Assembly (NCBI GenBank): GCA_963726745.1
Contig: CAVSDR010000007.1
Coordinates: 64,001 to 128,000, forward strand
Length of the DNA stretch: 64,000 nt
Reading direction: 5' to 3'
Source of the DNA: an uncultured Verrucomicrobiae bacterium
GTDB taxonomy: Bacteria; Verrucomicrobiota; Verrucomicrobiia; Chthoniobacterales; UBA10450
The position numbers were made by a program, and so were the translations under genes. The notes under the pieces were generated by a model. It worked only from the letters and a program-made list of their open reading frames with translations. It was not told where the DNA came from and did no database searches. How positions within the stretch are numbered: the first letter of the stretch is position 1; every line of letters begins with the position of its first letter. This document shows positions 47,167 through 57,576 of this stretch, one piece after another.

Positions 47167-47277
47167 AGTGGCGCAGCCTAGCGCAATTCCCCGTCGGTTT
47201 GCGCAAGGGAGTTCGTCGGCCGGCGCGCGCGCGCAATCGCGCTTGTCGCTCCCCGATCTCGCCGCCAATCTTCCGCG

Positions 47278-48588
47278 ATGTCTTCCCCAACGGAATCACG
47301 CGAGGGCCTGGTGCGCGCGCTCGGCGTGCCCGGCCTAACGACCAACATCATCAACACCACCGTGGGCGCCGGCATCTTCGCGCTTCCCGCAACCGTCGCG
47401 CTCGGGCTGGGCGCGGCCGCGCCGCTCGCCTTCGTCATTTGCGCGCTCGCGATGGCGCTGGTGGTGAGTTGCTTCGCGCTCGCCGGGAGCCGGGTGGCGT
47501 TAACCGGCGGGCTCTACGCTTACGTGGAAGTGGCTTTCGGGCGCTACGTCGGCTTCATCACTGCGGTCCTGCTCTATTTAAGCGCGGTCTTGAGCGTGGC
47601 CGGCGTGGTCGCGCTTTGCATCGGCAGTTTCACCGAGCTCTTCCCGGCGCTGAACGGCTGGTGGAGCCGCGCCTTGCTCATGTTCCTGGTCTACCTCGCG
47701 CTCGCGGCGATCAATGTCCGTGGCGTCCGCGCCGGCGGGCGCACCGTCGCGGTCGTCACCGTGGCGAAATTGATCCCGCTGCTTATTTTCGTCGCGGTCG
47801 GCTTCTTTTTCATTAACCCCGCGGCGCTCGCCTGGCCGGGCCTGCCGGCGATGGGTGACCTGGGGAAAACCGTCCTGCTGCTCATGTTTGCCTTCGTCGG
47901 CATCGAGGTCGCGCTCGTCCCCAGCGGCGAAGTGAAGAATCCCGCGCGCACGGTCCCGCGCTCGATCTACCTCGCGCTCCTCACCACCACCGCGCTCTAC
48001 ATTGCCATTCAACTCGTCGGCCAGGGGATTCTCGGAAGCGATCTCGGCAAGTTCTCGCCTGCGCCCTTGGCCGAGGCCGCGGGGCGAATCGTCGGGCCGC
48101 TCGGCCGCACCGTCCTGCTCGCGGGCGCGACCATCTCCGCCTTCGGTTTTGTGGCCAGCGACATGCTGAGCTCGCCGCGCCTGCTCTTCGCGCTCGGCCG
48201 CGATCGCATCCTCCCCGCGTGGTTCGCACATCTCCATCCGCGCTTCCGTTCGCCCGATGTCGCCATCGTGGCTTACGCTGCGATTGCCTTCGCCTTCTCG
48301 CTCACCTCCACCTTCGAGTCGCTCGCGGTGATGGCGAACTCCGCCGTGCTTGTGGCTTATCTACTGTGTTGCGGGGCGACTTTGCAGCTGCTCCGGCGCG
48401 ACGTCCGCGGCGACGGTGCGCCGCTCCGTTTTCCGGGTCAAAAGATCGTGCCGTTTCTCGCGATCGCGGTCGTGCTTTGGATCCTCCTGCAGGCGGAGCT
48501 GAACGTCTTCGTTTTCATCGCCGTGGTGCTGGTGATTGCCTCGATCCTCTACGGGCTTCGGCGCCTGCAAACGCCGAAAGCGGGCTAG
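47278..48588 (+). CDS. APC-family amino acid permease
   Basis: VGAGIF, TGGLYAY and FAFVGIE..GEVKNP motifs with about 12 TM helices. Confidence 0.9.
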   Translation: MSSPTESREGLVRALGVPGLTTNIINTTVGAGIFALPATVALGLGAAAPLAFVICALAMALVVSCFALAGSRVALTGGLYAYVEVAFGRYVGFITAVLLYLSAVLSVAGVVALCIGSFTELFPALNGWWSRALLMFLVYLALAAINVRGVRAGGRTVAVVTVAKLIPLLIFVAVGFFFINPAALAWPGLPAMGDLGKTVLLLMFAFVGIEVALVPSGEVKNPARTVPRSIYLALLTTTALYIAIQLVGQGILGSDLGKFSPAPLAEAAGRIVGPLGRTVLLAGATISAFGFVASDMLSSPRLLFALGRDRILPAWFAHLHPRFRSPDVAIVAYAAIAFAFSLTSTFESLAVMANSAVLVAYLLCCGATLQLLRRDVRGDGAPLRFPGQKIVPFLAIAVVLWILLQAELNVFVFIAVVLVIASILYGLRRLQTPKAG

Positions 48589-48596
48589 ACACCCCA

Positions 48597-48644
48597 CCCC
48601 CATATCTTGTGCGCGGCGTAGCTTCGACCCCCACTTTATTGTGG
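48597..48644. promoter_or_regulatory. Tandem NrdR-box-like sites upstream of smc
   Basis: CCCCCATATCTTGTGC (48597) and CCCCACTTTATTGTGG (48629), 32 bp apart, compared with consensus acaCwAtATaTwGtg. Confidence 0.5.
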
Positions 48645-48711
48645 AAAAAGGCTTGTCACTCCGCTTCCCCGACGCTACCAACGGAAGACCGGCCGCCCCG
48701 GTTGTTCCACC

Positions 48712-51700
48712 ATGCATCTCAAATCTCTCGAAGTTATCGGTTTCAAATCTTTTGCCGACAAAACCGCGTTCGAATTCCACCAGGGCGTGACCGCGATCGT
48801 CGGCCCCAACGGCTGCGGTAAGTCCAACGTCCTCGACGCCGTCCGCTGGGTCCTCGGAGAGCAATCGGCCAAGGCTCTCCGCGGCGGCGAAATGGCGGAC
48901 GTCATCTTCAACGGGACCGACTCGCGCAAGCCGCTCGGCTTCGCCGAGGTCTCGCTCACTTTCACCGATTGCGCGCAGCAGATGGGCGTCGATTGGCACG
49001 AGGTCCGCGTGACCCGCCGGGTCTACAAGGACGGCGCTTCCGAGTATCTGCTCAACAAGACAGCTTGCCGTCTAAAAGACATCCAGAACCTCTTCGCCGA
49101 CACCGGCGTGGGCCGCAGCGCCTACTCGATCATGGAGCAGGGCAAGATCGATTTGATCCTGAGCTCGCGCCCGGAAGATCGCCGCGCGGTCTTTGAAGAA
49201 GCCGCCGGCATCACCAAATACCGCGGCCAAAAACGCGAAGCGCTCCGCAAACTGGAGGCGACCGACGCGAACCTTCTGCGCATTGGCGACATCATCAAGG
49301 AAGTGAAGCGGCAGATCGGATCGCTCCAGCGCCAGGCCGGAAAAGCGCGCCGCTACCAGACCTTGATGACCGACCTCCAGGTCCTCGACACCCACCATTC
49401 CCGCGGAAAACTCGCGCAGCTCGAGAGCGAGCTGGCGCAGTGCCAGGAGGCAATCGCGCAGGGCGAAGAAGCCGAGCGCGCAACCCTCGAGCGGATCGAA
49501 ACCGGCGAGAACTCGTTAGGCGAGAAACGCGGCGAACTCGATGCGATCGACGCGCGAGTAAGCGACGCCCGCGCCGAGGTGCAGCGATTAAACAGCGAGA
49601 TGTCGACCAACCGCAGCCGGATCGAGTTCAACCGCCAGCGCGCCCAGGAAATTAGCGAACTGATCGAGCGTTACCGCCACGACATCGCCACCGCCGAGAC
49701 CAAGCGCACCGAGCAGGCCACGCAGATCGAGGAAGCCGACGCGCTCATCTCGCGCACGAGCGAACTTCTCCAGGCGAAACAAGGCGAGCTCACGGGCTTG
49801 AGTGAACGCGTGAGCACCCTGCGTCGCGAGCGTCAGGAGCGCGAAACGCAACTCGTGACCCTGCAGACGTCGCTCCAAAAAGCCGAGAATCGCCTCGCCA
49901 CTTTAGCCGACGAGATCGCGGGCACCCGAAGACCGGCGGGACAGCACGCTCGCCCGCGTGAGCGAACTCGCTTCCGAAATTGCCAGCGCCACGAGCGCGC
50001 GCGACGAAGCGGCCGACGCGCTCGAGAACGCCCGCCGCGAGCACGAGCTGGAGCAGGCCGCGGTCGAGGCGCTCTTCGCAGCCGTGCGCACGGCCGAGGG
50101 AGAATTGCAGGCGCACCGCCGCTCGTTAGGCGAGATCGAGACCGAGACCATCCGCCTGGAGCGCACGATCGCGGAGAAGCAATCGCGGCTCGAAATCCTG
50201 CGGCAATTAAACGAGGAAGGCGAAGGCCTGGCGAAAGGTTCGCAAGCGGTGCTCAAGGGTTTGCACGATCCCGAGCGGATCCGGCCTGCACTCGCCGGCG
50301 CGCTCGCGTCCAATCTCCAGGTCGAGCGCGAATATATCGCCGCGCTCGAGGCCGCGTTCGGTCGCAATATGCATGCGGTGGTCTTGCAGAATCCGGATTT
50401 AGCCAGCGAGATCATCCAGCAGGTGACCAGCGGCAAGCTCGGCCAGGCCGCGCTCGCGCTCCCGCAAATCACGCCGGCGGCGAGCGACGACCACCTGGTC
50501 GACCTCCCGTTAGGCGGCCTCTGCTGGGCGATCGAAAAAGTCGATGCGCCCGCGGCCTTGCAAGCGCTCGTGCGGCGTCTGCTTCGTGGCGTGGTCATCG
50601 TGCCCGACCTCGCGACCGCGCTCCAGCTCAAGGGCTTTCACCCTGTCCTCCAGTTCGCCACGCTCGCGGGCGAATTCATTTCCACCGCGGGCGTGCTCTT
50701 TGGCGGAAGCGCCAGCAACCAGGCGACCTCGCTCCTCGGCCGCAATCTCTTGATCAACGAAACCGCCGGTGAGCTGCAGACGCTGCAGACCGAGCACGGC
50801 ACGTCTCGTGGCCGAGCGCGAGCGCCGCACCGCGACTGTGCAGGCCGCGACCAGCGGCTTGGAACAAGCTCGCGCAACGCACCAGACCGCGCATCTCCAG
50901 CAATCGAATTCCGCCGCGCAGCTTCTCGTGCTCGAGCACCAGGTGCGCGTCGCGAGCGATCGCCTGCGGCAAGTGCAGAACGAACGCGGCACGCTCGAGC
51001 AGCAGACCGGCAGCGCCGACGCGCGGATTGCCCAGCTGGAAAGCGAATTGGCCACGCTCCAGCAAACGGCTAACGAACAGACCTCGCAGCGCGCGACCGC
51101 GGCCGACGCGAGCACGCAGGCGCGTTTGCACGAGGAGGAAATTAGCGAGCAACTTCAGGCTCTCCGGCTCGAGGTCGCGACCGAAAAACAGCGGCAGGAA
51201 AACCTGCTCGCACAGCGTCAGCCAATGGCGGCACGCGCCGCGGAGCTGGCGGAATTGATCGACACCCGCCGCGCCGATATTGCGAATTACGAGCGCCGCC
51301 TCGAGAGCCAGAGCGTCGAGAGCGAGCAGGCCGAAGCCGCGCTCGCCGCGCAAGCCACCGAGCTGGCCGCGGCCGAGGAACGCGTGGCCGCGATTGCGCA
51401 GGAACGGGCCGCCCGCCTCGCGGAGGTGAACCAATTAGACAGCGAATTGCGCACCGTCCGCACTTCGCTGAACGCGGTGCGCGATGCCCGCGGCCACGAG
51501 CAGGTGCGGCAGACGCAGTTGCAGTTGCGCGTGGAAAATCTCCTCGAGCACGCCACCCGGCGCTACCAGATCGACCTGCGCGAGTTCACCCCGGACCCGT
51601 ATGCCTACGGCAAAACGCTCCGCGTGCAGCTCAAGCGCCGCGGGAAATCCGCCGAGGAAGCGGTCGAGGTCACAGTCACGCCAGATGACGAACCGGCGGC

Positions 51701-52466
51701 CGAAGTGGACGCGGCACAGCTCGAGGCGATGATCGGCGAGCTCACCCGCCAGCTCGATAACATGGGCCCGGTGAACCTCGAGGCGGTGCATGAATACGAC
51801 GAGCTCGAGGAGCGTTTCCGTTTCCTCGAAGCGCAGAACAACGACCTGACCGCCTCCAAGCGCGAGTTGCTCGACGTGATCGAGAAGATCAACCGCACCA
51901 CGCAGAAGCTTTTTGCCGACACTTTCGCGCAGGTGAAGATCAACTTCCGCGAGATGTTCGGCGAGCTCTTCGGCGGCGGGCGGGCCGACCTCTCGTTAGT
52001 CGACGAGAACGATCCGCTGAACTCCGGGATCGACATTATCGCCAAGCCCCCGGGCAAGCAGCCGCAGGTGATCTCGCTCCTCTCCGGCGGCGAGCGCACG
52101 ATGACCGCGGTCGCGCTCCTCTTTGCGATCTACATGGTCCGGCCGAGCCCGTTCTGCATCCTCGACGAAATGGATGCGCCGCTCGACGAATCGAACATCA
52201 ATCGCTTCATCAAGATGCTCGACCGCTTCATTGGGCAGAGCCAGTTCATCATCATCACGCACAACAAGCGCACGATCGCGAAGGCCGACGTGCTCTACGG
52301 CGTGACCATGGAGGAACGCGGCGTGAGCAAGCTCGTGGGGATGCGTCTCGCGAGCGAAAAAGGCGCCGATGGCGAACTGATCGCGAGTCCGCGCCAGAAA
52401 GCCATCGAGCCGCAGTTTCCCGCCGAGGGCGCGGAGCACACCGGCGAGCTGGCACTGAGCCGGTAG
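48712..52466 (+). CDS. smc: Chromosome segregation protein SMC (two frameshifts, near 49930 and 50805)
   Basis: GFKSF..GPNGCGKSN head, coiled coils, hinge (TLAGEF..G), then LSGGE..LDEMDAPLD..ITHNK C-terminal head, spread over three consecutive frames. Confidence 0.95.
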
Positions 52467-52492
52467 GCGCGCTCACCTCACCGGGCGAAGAA

Positions 52493-53551
52493 TCAAGCCG
52501 GGCGAGGCGCGACCCCGAGCGCTCGCTGGCCCTGGAATTCCTCGTTCTGGGCGATCTTGCGCAAGAGGCGGCCGAGCAAATCCGAGCCGGTAATGATGAC
52601 GCGCTCCTGCTTTGTCCAGAGGAGGATCAAATCCTTATCGATGACATCGTCGCCGGGCCTCTCCGGTTGCACCGCGAGCTGGCTTAAGACCTGGCCGAGC
52701 GGCTGCCGAGCATCGCGCACGATGAGCGGGTGATGACAGAGAAGGCTCGGATTGACCGGTGCCGGGTCAAAGAGCGCGGCGCGCACAAACGCCGGGGCAC
52801 TCGCCACCAGGTGTGGTTCGTCGGCCTCGTCGGCAAACACGACCCACTTTTTCCCCGAGGCCATTAACTGGCGCAGGAATGGATCCTCGGCGGTGGGTGC
52901 AATCGGCGGGAAGACGAGCTGGCCTGCGCGCTGCGGCAACCGGATGACACTGCGCGGATCCAGCGGTTCGCCTTCCTCCCCCACCGGCAGGTCGTCCAGA
53001 GCGAGAAAGTTGACCGCGCCGGTCGCTTCAACGTGACCGATTTCCGTGCTCTGGTTGTGCGCGTGATGCTGCAGCATGCGTTGCAACTCGTGCTCGCGAT
53101 ACCAGACTGCGCCTTCTGGTCCAATCCACGCATCGAGCAGCCGGCCCGAAATCCATGCCACTGGCCAGAGCAGCACTTGGTAGAAGCGCAACAGCGGCGC
53201 GAAGAAGGCGGCGACGCGCAGTGCATTCCGCGAGAAATACGCCTGCGGCATGATCTCGCCTGCGATCGTGATTCCCACCGTGGAAACGAGGAAGGCGCTC
53301 ATCCCGGCCAGGACGGAATCCGCCAGGAGCGTCAAGAGCACGTTGACCGCGACGTTGCCCCAAAGAATGACCGCGAGAGTGAAATTCGAATTGCGTCGCA
53401 AAGCCAGCACGCGGCGCACCCGGGGATCGCTCTCGCCGGCCGCTTCGAGACGCAGCCGGCTCAAGCTGAAGACCGCCAGGTTCATCCCCGAAAACATGGC
53501 CGACTGCGACAGACACACTGCAATCCCCAGCCAGGTCAGGAGGTCATTCAT
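52493..53551 (-). CDS. DUF21/CNNM-domain membrane protein
   Basis: SAMFSG.NLAVFSL, GNVAVN and GEIMPQAY motifs. Confidence 0.85.
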   Translation of the reverse strand: MNDLLTWLGIAVCLSQSAMFSGMNLAVFSLSRLRLEAAGESDPRVRRVLALRRNSNFTLAVILWGNVAVNVLLTLLADSVLAGMSAFLVSTVGITIAGEIMPQAYFSRNALRVAAFFAPLLRFYQVLLWPVAWISGRLLDAWIGPEGAVWYREHELQRMLQHHAHNQSTEIGHVEATGAVNFLALDDLPVGEEGEPLDPRSVIRLPQRAGQLVFPPIAPTAEDPFLRQLMASGKKWVVFADEADEPHLVASAPAFVRAALFDPAPVNPSLLCHHPLIVRDARQPLGQVLSQLAVQPERPGDDVIDKDLILLWTKQERVIITGSDLLGRLLRKIAQNEEFQGQRALGVAPRPA

Positions 53552-53656
53552 AGGGTGGTCGATTCAAATTATCCCAGCGCGAGGCAGGCGTCAGCAAGGC
53601 CGCGCCTTTCAAAATCCGCATTTGCTGCCTCTTGACCTTGCTGCCAAAATCTCCGG

Positions 53657-54682
53657 ATGCTGCAAACTGCGGAGCCCGGCGCTAAAGAGAACCAACAGGC
53701 GCCCCCGCACGAGCGTTTCCTCGAGGCTTTCCGGTGGATGCTGCTCGCGCGCACTTTTGAAGAGAAATTGGCCAGCCTTTACCGGGGCGGGCAGATCACG
53801 GGCGGCGTCTACGTGGGCAAGGGCCAGGAGGCGGTCAGTGTGGCTTGCGGTCTCTTCTTGCGGAAAGGCGACGTCTTCGGCCCGCTGATTCGCGACCAGG
53901 CGGGACGCTCGGCGTTTGGCGAGCCTTTGCTCGATGTCACGCGGACTTATCTCGGCTCTCGCCAGGGACCGATGCGCGGGCGCGACGGGAACATTCACCG
54001 TGGCCGGCCACGCGCGGGGCAGCTGGCGATGATCAGCCACCTCGGCTCCTTGATTCCGGTGGTCGTGGGCACACTCATGGCCAAGAAGATGAAGGGCGAA
54101 AAGGATTTTGTCGGCCTAACGACCATCGGCGAAGGCGGCATGCAGACCGGTGCCACGCACGAAGGGATGAATGTGGCCGCGGTCGAGAAAGTGCCGTTTG
54201 TCCTCGTGGCCACGAACAATCATTACGCCTACTCCACGCCGAACGACCGGCAGTTTGCCTGCGCGGACTTGGTCGATCGCGCAGCCGGCTACGGCTACGA
54301 AGGCCAGACGCTCGACGGGACTGATCTTGCTGCCTGTTTGGAGGTGATCGGAGGTGCAGTCGAGCGCGCCCGCGCTGGTGGTCCGCCGCAGCTCGTAGTC
54401 GCCTCGATTCTCCGCCTCGCCGGCCACGGCGAACACGATGACGCCAGCTATGTCGTCCCGGAAATCCGGAAAGAAAAATTCGCGCAGGACTCGCTGCAAC
54501 GCGCCGAGGATCGGATCAAATCCGAGGGCTTGCTTACGGAAGAAGCGCTGAAGGAAATGCGCGCCGAGGCGCTCGCGGAAGTGAACGAAGCGGTGAATGC
54601 CGCGCAGCAGGAAGATGCTCCGGTTGGCGAAGAGGAAGATTGGTGCGCGCTCTCCCGTCGCGACCTTGTGGAGCAGATTTAA
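53657..54682 (+). CDS. 2-oxoacid dehydrogenase E1 alpha subunit
   Basis: GQEA, TPP motif GEGG...NNHYAYS and RLAGHGEHD. Confidence 0.9.
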   Translation: MLQTAEPGAKENQQAPPHERFLEAFRWMLLARTFEEKLASLYRGGQITGGVYVGKGQEAVSVACGLFLRKGDVFGPLIRDQAGRSAFGEPLLDVTRTYLGSRQGPMRGRDGNIHRGRPRAGQLAMISHLGSLIPVVVGTLMAKKMKGEKDFVGLTTIGEGGMQTGATHEGMNVAAVEKVPFVLVATNNHYAYSTPNDRQFACADLVDRAAGYGYEGQTLDGTDLAACLEVIGGAVERARAGGPPQLVVASILRLAGHGEHDDASYVVPEIRKEKFAQDSLQRAEDRIKSEGLLTEEALKEMRAEALAEVNEAVNAAQQEDAPVGEEEDWCALSRRDLVEQI

Positions 54683-55650
54683 TGAGCGTCACCTACCTCG
54701 AAGCGATCCGCGAAGCGCAGGCGCACCTCCTGCGCACCGATGACCGCGTTTACCTCTATGGCCAGGATATCGCTGGCAAATTTGGCGGCGCTTTCAAGGC
54801 GACCAAGGGTCTGGCGGAACAATTTCCCGGCCGCGTCCTGAACTCGCCGATCAGCGAAGATGCCATGGTCGGCACGGCCATCGGCGCCGCGCTCGAAGGG
54901 ATGCGCCCGGTGGTGGAGATGCAGTTTGCCGATTTCTCCAGCGTCGCGCTCAACCAGATCCTGAACAACGCCGGCACGCAGTATTGGCGCACCGAGATCC
55001 CCTGCCCGATCACTGTCCGCCTGCCGAGCGGCGGCACGAAAGGCAGCGGGCCGTTCCATAGCCAAAGCATGGAAGCGCTCTACGCGCACTACCCGGGCTT
55101 AATCGTGATGACGCCGGCCACAGTCGAAGACGCTTACACGATGTTGATCGAGGCGGTCGCGATCGATGACCCAGTAGTCTACTGCGAGCACAAGTATCTC
55201 TATTACCATCTCAAAGCCGACAAGCTGCCGACCGAAGGCCTGCCTGCGGGCAAGGCTCGGGTCGTTAGGCCGGGCCGCGACCTGAGCATCGTGACCTACA
55301 GCGTGATGGTGCACGAAGCGCTTACCGTAGCCGACGAGTTGAAACAGGAAGGCATCGAGGTGGAAGTGGTCGACCTGCGCACGATCAAGCCGCTCGATAC
55401 CGAGACCGTGCTCGCCTCGGTCGCGCGCACCGGACGTTTGCTTTGCGTGGGGGAAGCGTTCCCGTGGGGCGGTGCGACCGCGGAAGTGATCGCGCGCGTG
55501 GCCACCGAAGGCTTCCACCTGCTCGACGCCGCGCCTGGTCGCGTGAACGCCAAGGACACGCCGATCCCTTATCACCCAAATCTCTGGGCGGAACATCGCC
55601 CGAATGCGAAGTCGATTGCCGCCAAAGCGCGCCAGATCCTGAGCGAATAA
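54682..55650 (+). CDS. 2-oxoacid dehydrogenase E1 beta subunit
   Basis: GQDI..GGAFKAT, PISE, EMQFADF, HSQS and DLRTIKPLD motifs. Confidence 0.92.
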   Translation: MSVTYLEAIREAQAHLLRTDDRVYLYGQDIAGKFGGAFKATKGLAEQFPGRVLNSPISEDAMVGTAIGAALEGMRPVVEMQFADFSSVALNQILNNAGTQYWRTEIPCPITVRLPSGGTKGSGPFHSQSMEALYAHYPGLIVMTPATVEDAYTMLIEAVAIDDPVVYCEHKYLYYHLKADKLPTEGLPAGKARVVRPGRDLSIVTYSVMVHEALTVADELKQEGIEVEVVDLRTIKPLDTETVLASVARTGRLLCVGEAFPWGGATAEVIARVATEGFHLLDAAPGRVNAKDTPIPYHPNLWAEHRPNAKSIAAKARQILSE

Positions 55651-55654
55651 TTTT

Positions 55655-56905
55655 ATGCCGCAAGTTCCTATCACCATGCCGCAGCTCGGCGAATCCATGG
55701 CCGAGGCCACGATCGTCGCGATCAACGTCAAACCGGGCGACAAAGTCGCGGCCGACCAGGAGATCATCGAAGTCGAGACCGACAAAGCGGTCATGGGCGT
55801 GACCACTCCCTGCCCCGGCGAGATCGTGAAGATCGAGGCCGAAGTGAAAGGCGTCTACGCGGTCGGCGCTGTGCTTGGCTACATCGAAGCGAGCGAAGCC
55901 GATGCCGCACGCCTGGTGAAGAAAGCTCCGGCCGCGCCGCAAGGCGACGTGGCCAAGGAAGTCCCCGGCCGTGAGGAAGAGAAATCGTCCAACGGTTCCG
56001 GCTCGCATTTCCAGATCGACGAAAGCGAAGTGCGCACCTTGCGCGTGGAATCCGAAGGCCAGACCGGCGGCGGTTTGCCCGTGCCCGCGAGCGCCAAGGG
56101 TGCTGGCTATTTTTCGCCGCGCGTCCGTGCGCGCATGGCCGAGCTGCAACTCACGCAGGCCGACCTCGCGGGCATCGCCGGGAGCGGCAATGCCGGCCGC
56201 ATTACGGTCAAAGACCTGGAGAATTTCCTCGGCGGTCTCGAGGGCCAGACTGCGGAGAAGCCGAGCGCCATCCGCACCGGCGTGGCCGACGCGATGCGCC
56301 GCAGTTGGACTCGGCCGCTCGCGACCGTGGGCTTGTCCGTTTGCCTCGACCCGGTGCTGCAGGATCGCAAAAAGCGCGATCCAAAACCCGGCCCAGCGCT
56401 CTACGTCCTGCGCGCTTTAGCCATCGCTTTGTCCGAGCAGCCCAACGCGGCCTCACGCTTGATCGGCGGCCGTGCGATCACCTCGAAGTCGATCGACTTG
56501 GGCGTGGCCGTGGAAGCCGGCGAAGGGATCATGGTCCCGGTGATTCGGAAGGCGAACGAGACTTCGCTCGCCGATATGACCACTCGTTATACCGAACTGG
56601 TCGAGCTCGCGCGCAAGCGCCGCGTGACCGCGGAGATGACCGCCGGCGGAATCGCTTCCGTCTCCAACTTTGGCACCTTCGGCCTCGATTGGGGCACGCC
56701 AATTCCCCTGCCCGACCAGACGCTTCTGCTCGGTCTTGGCGCCGGTAAAAAAGCGCCTACCTGGAGCGAGGAGAAGCAGCAATTTGTTCCGACGACGCAG
56801 GCGGAGCTCACGCTCAGCTTCGATCACCGCAGCCTCGATGGCGGCGGCGCGGGACGCGTGCTGCAGCGGGTCGCAGAGCTCCTCGGCACGCCCGAAAAGC
56901 TCTAG
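55655..56905 (+). CDS. 2-oxoacid dehydrogenase E2 acyltransferase
   Basis: One lipoyl domain (ETDKA), E3-binding domain (SPRVR..GSG..GRIT..D) and catalytic DHRSLDG. Confidence 0.9.
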   Translation: MPQVPITMPQLGESMAEATIVAINVKPGDKVAADQEIIEVETDKAVMGVTTPCPGEIVKIEAEVKGVYAVGAVLGYIEASEADAARLVKKAPAAPQGDVAKEVPGREEEKSSNGSGSHFQIDESEVRTLRVESEGQTGGGLPVPASAKGAGYFSPRVRARMAELQLTQADLAGIAGSGNAGRITVKDLENFLGGLEGQTAEKPSAIRTGVADAMRRSWTRPLATVGLSVCLDPVLQDRKKRDPKPGPALYVLRALAIALSEQPNAASRLIGGRAITSKSIDLGVAVEAGEGIMVPVIRKANETSLADMTTRYTELVELARKRRVTAEMTAGGIASVSNFGTFGLDWGTPIPLPDQTLLLGLGAGKKAPTWSEEKQQFVPTTQAELTLSFDHRSLDGGGAGRVLQRVAELLGTPEKL

Positions 56906-57576
56906 AGTTTCCCGCGATTCGCGAGCGCAAAGCGCACCAGCGCGAGGCTCCCGTGGAGGTCCAGTTTGCTGCTGACGTTCTGCCGGTGCGTCTCCACGGT
57001 TCGTGGACTAACGAATAATTGCGCGGCAATTTCCTTGCTGCTTAAGTCGGCTGCGATCAGCCGGAGGACGCGTCGCTCCATCGGCGTGAGGCTGGCCAGG
57101 CCGGGATGCGCGCGCTCGAACTCGCCCGCGGCGTGCTGACGTTTCAGCAGGTGCGAGGAGAGCGCAGGGCTGAGGTAGGCCTCGCCCGCGGCCACCGCCT
57201 TGATCGCGGCCGCGATGTCGGTCACGGCACTTTCCTTGAGCACGTAACCTTTCGTCCCGAGATCGAGCGCCGCCTGGAAGACCTCCTCCTCGCTATGCAT
57301 GGTCAGGAACACGATCTCGGGACGCACCGTCTCCTGCTGGAGCGCGCGCGCGACCGCAAAGCCGTCCATCACCGGCATGTCGATGTCGAGCACGGCAACC
57401 GCGGGAGCATGCTCACGAATGGCCGCGAGCGCGCTTTTGCCTTCGCCGGCCTCGGCCACGATCAGCAGGTCCTCGTCGGCCTCGATCATCTGGCGCAAGC
57501 CCTGGCGGACAATCGGATGATCATCGGCCAGGACGATGCGAATCGGTCGCGAAATTTCAGGAGTGGTTGTGCGCAT
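56902..57576 (-). CDS. NarL/LuxR-family response regulator
   Basis: ADDH, LDIDMP, GYVLK and LTPME..SSKEIA..VETHR HTH. Confidence 0.93.
   Translation of the reverse strand: MRTTTPEISRPIRIVLADDHPIVRQGLRQMIEADEDLLIVAEAGEGKSALAAIREHAPAVAVLDIDMPVMDGFAVARALQQETVRPEIVFLTMHSEEEVFQAALDLGTKGYVLKESAVTDIAAAIKAVAAGEAYLSPALSSHLLKRQHAAGEFERAHPGLASLTPMERRVLRLIAADLSSKEIAAQLFVSPRTVETHRQNVSSKLDLHGSLALVRFALANRGKL

Noticed and set aside
48712..52466. smc as a pseudogene or programmed frameshift
   Set aside because: Two isolated single-base shifts with no slippery sequence, intact domains and similar indels elsewhere point to sequencing error.
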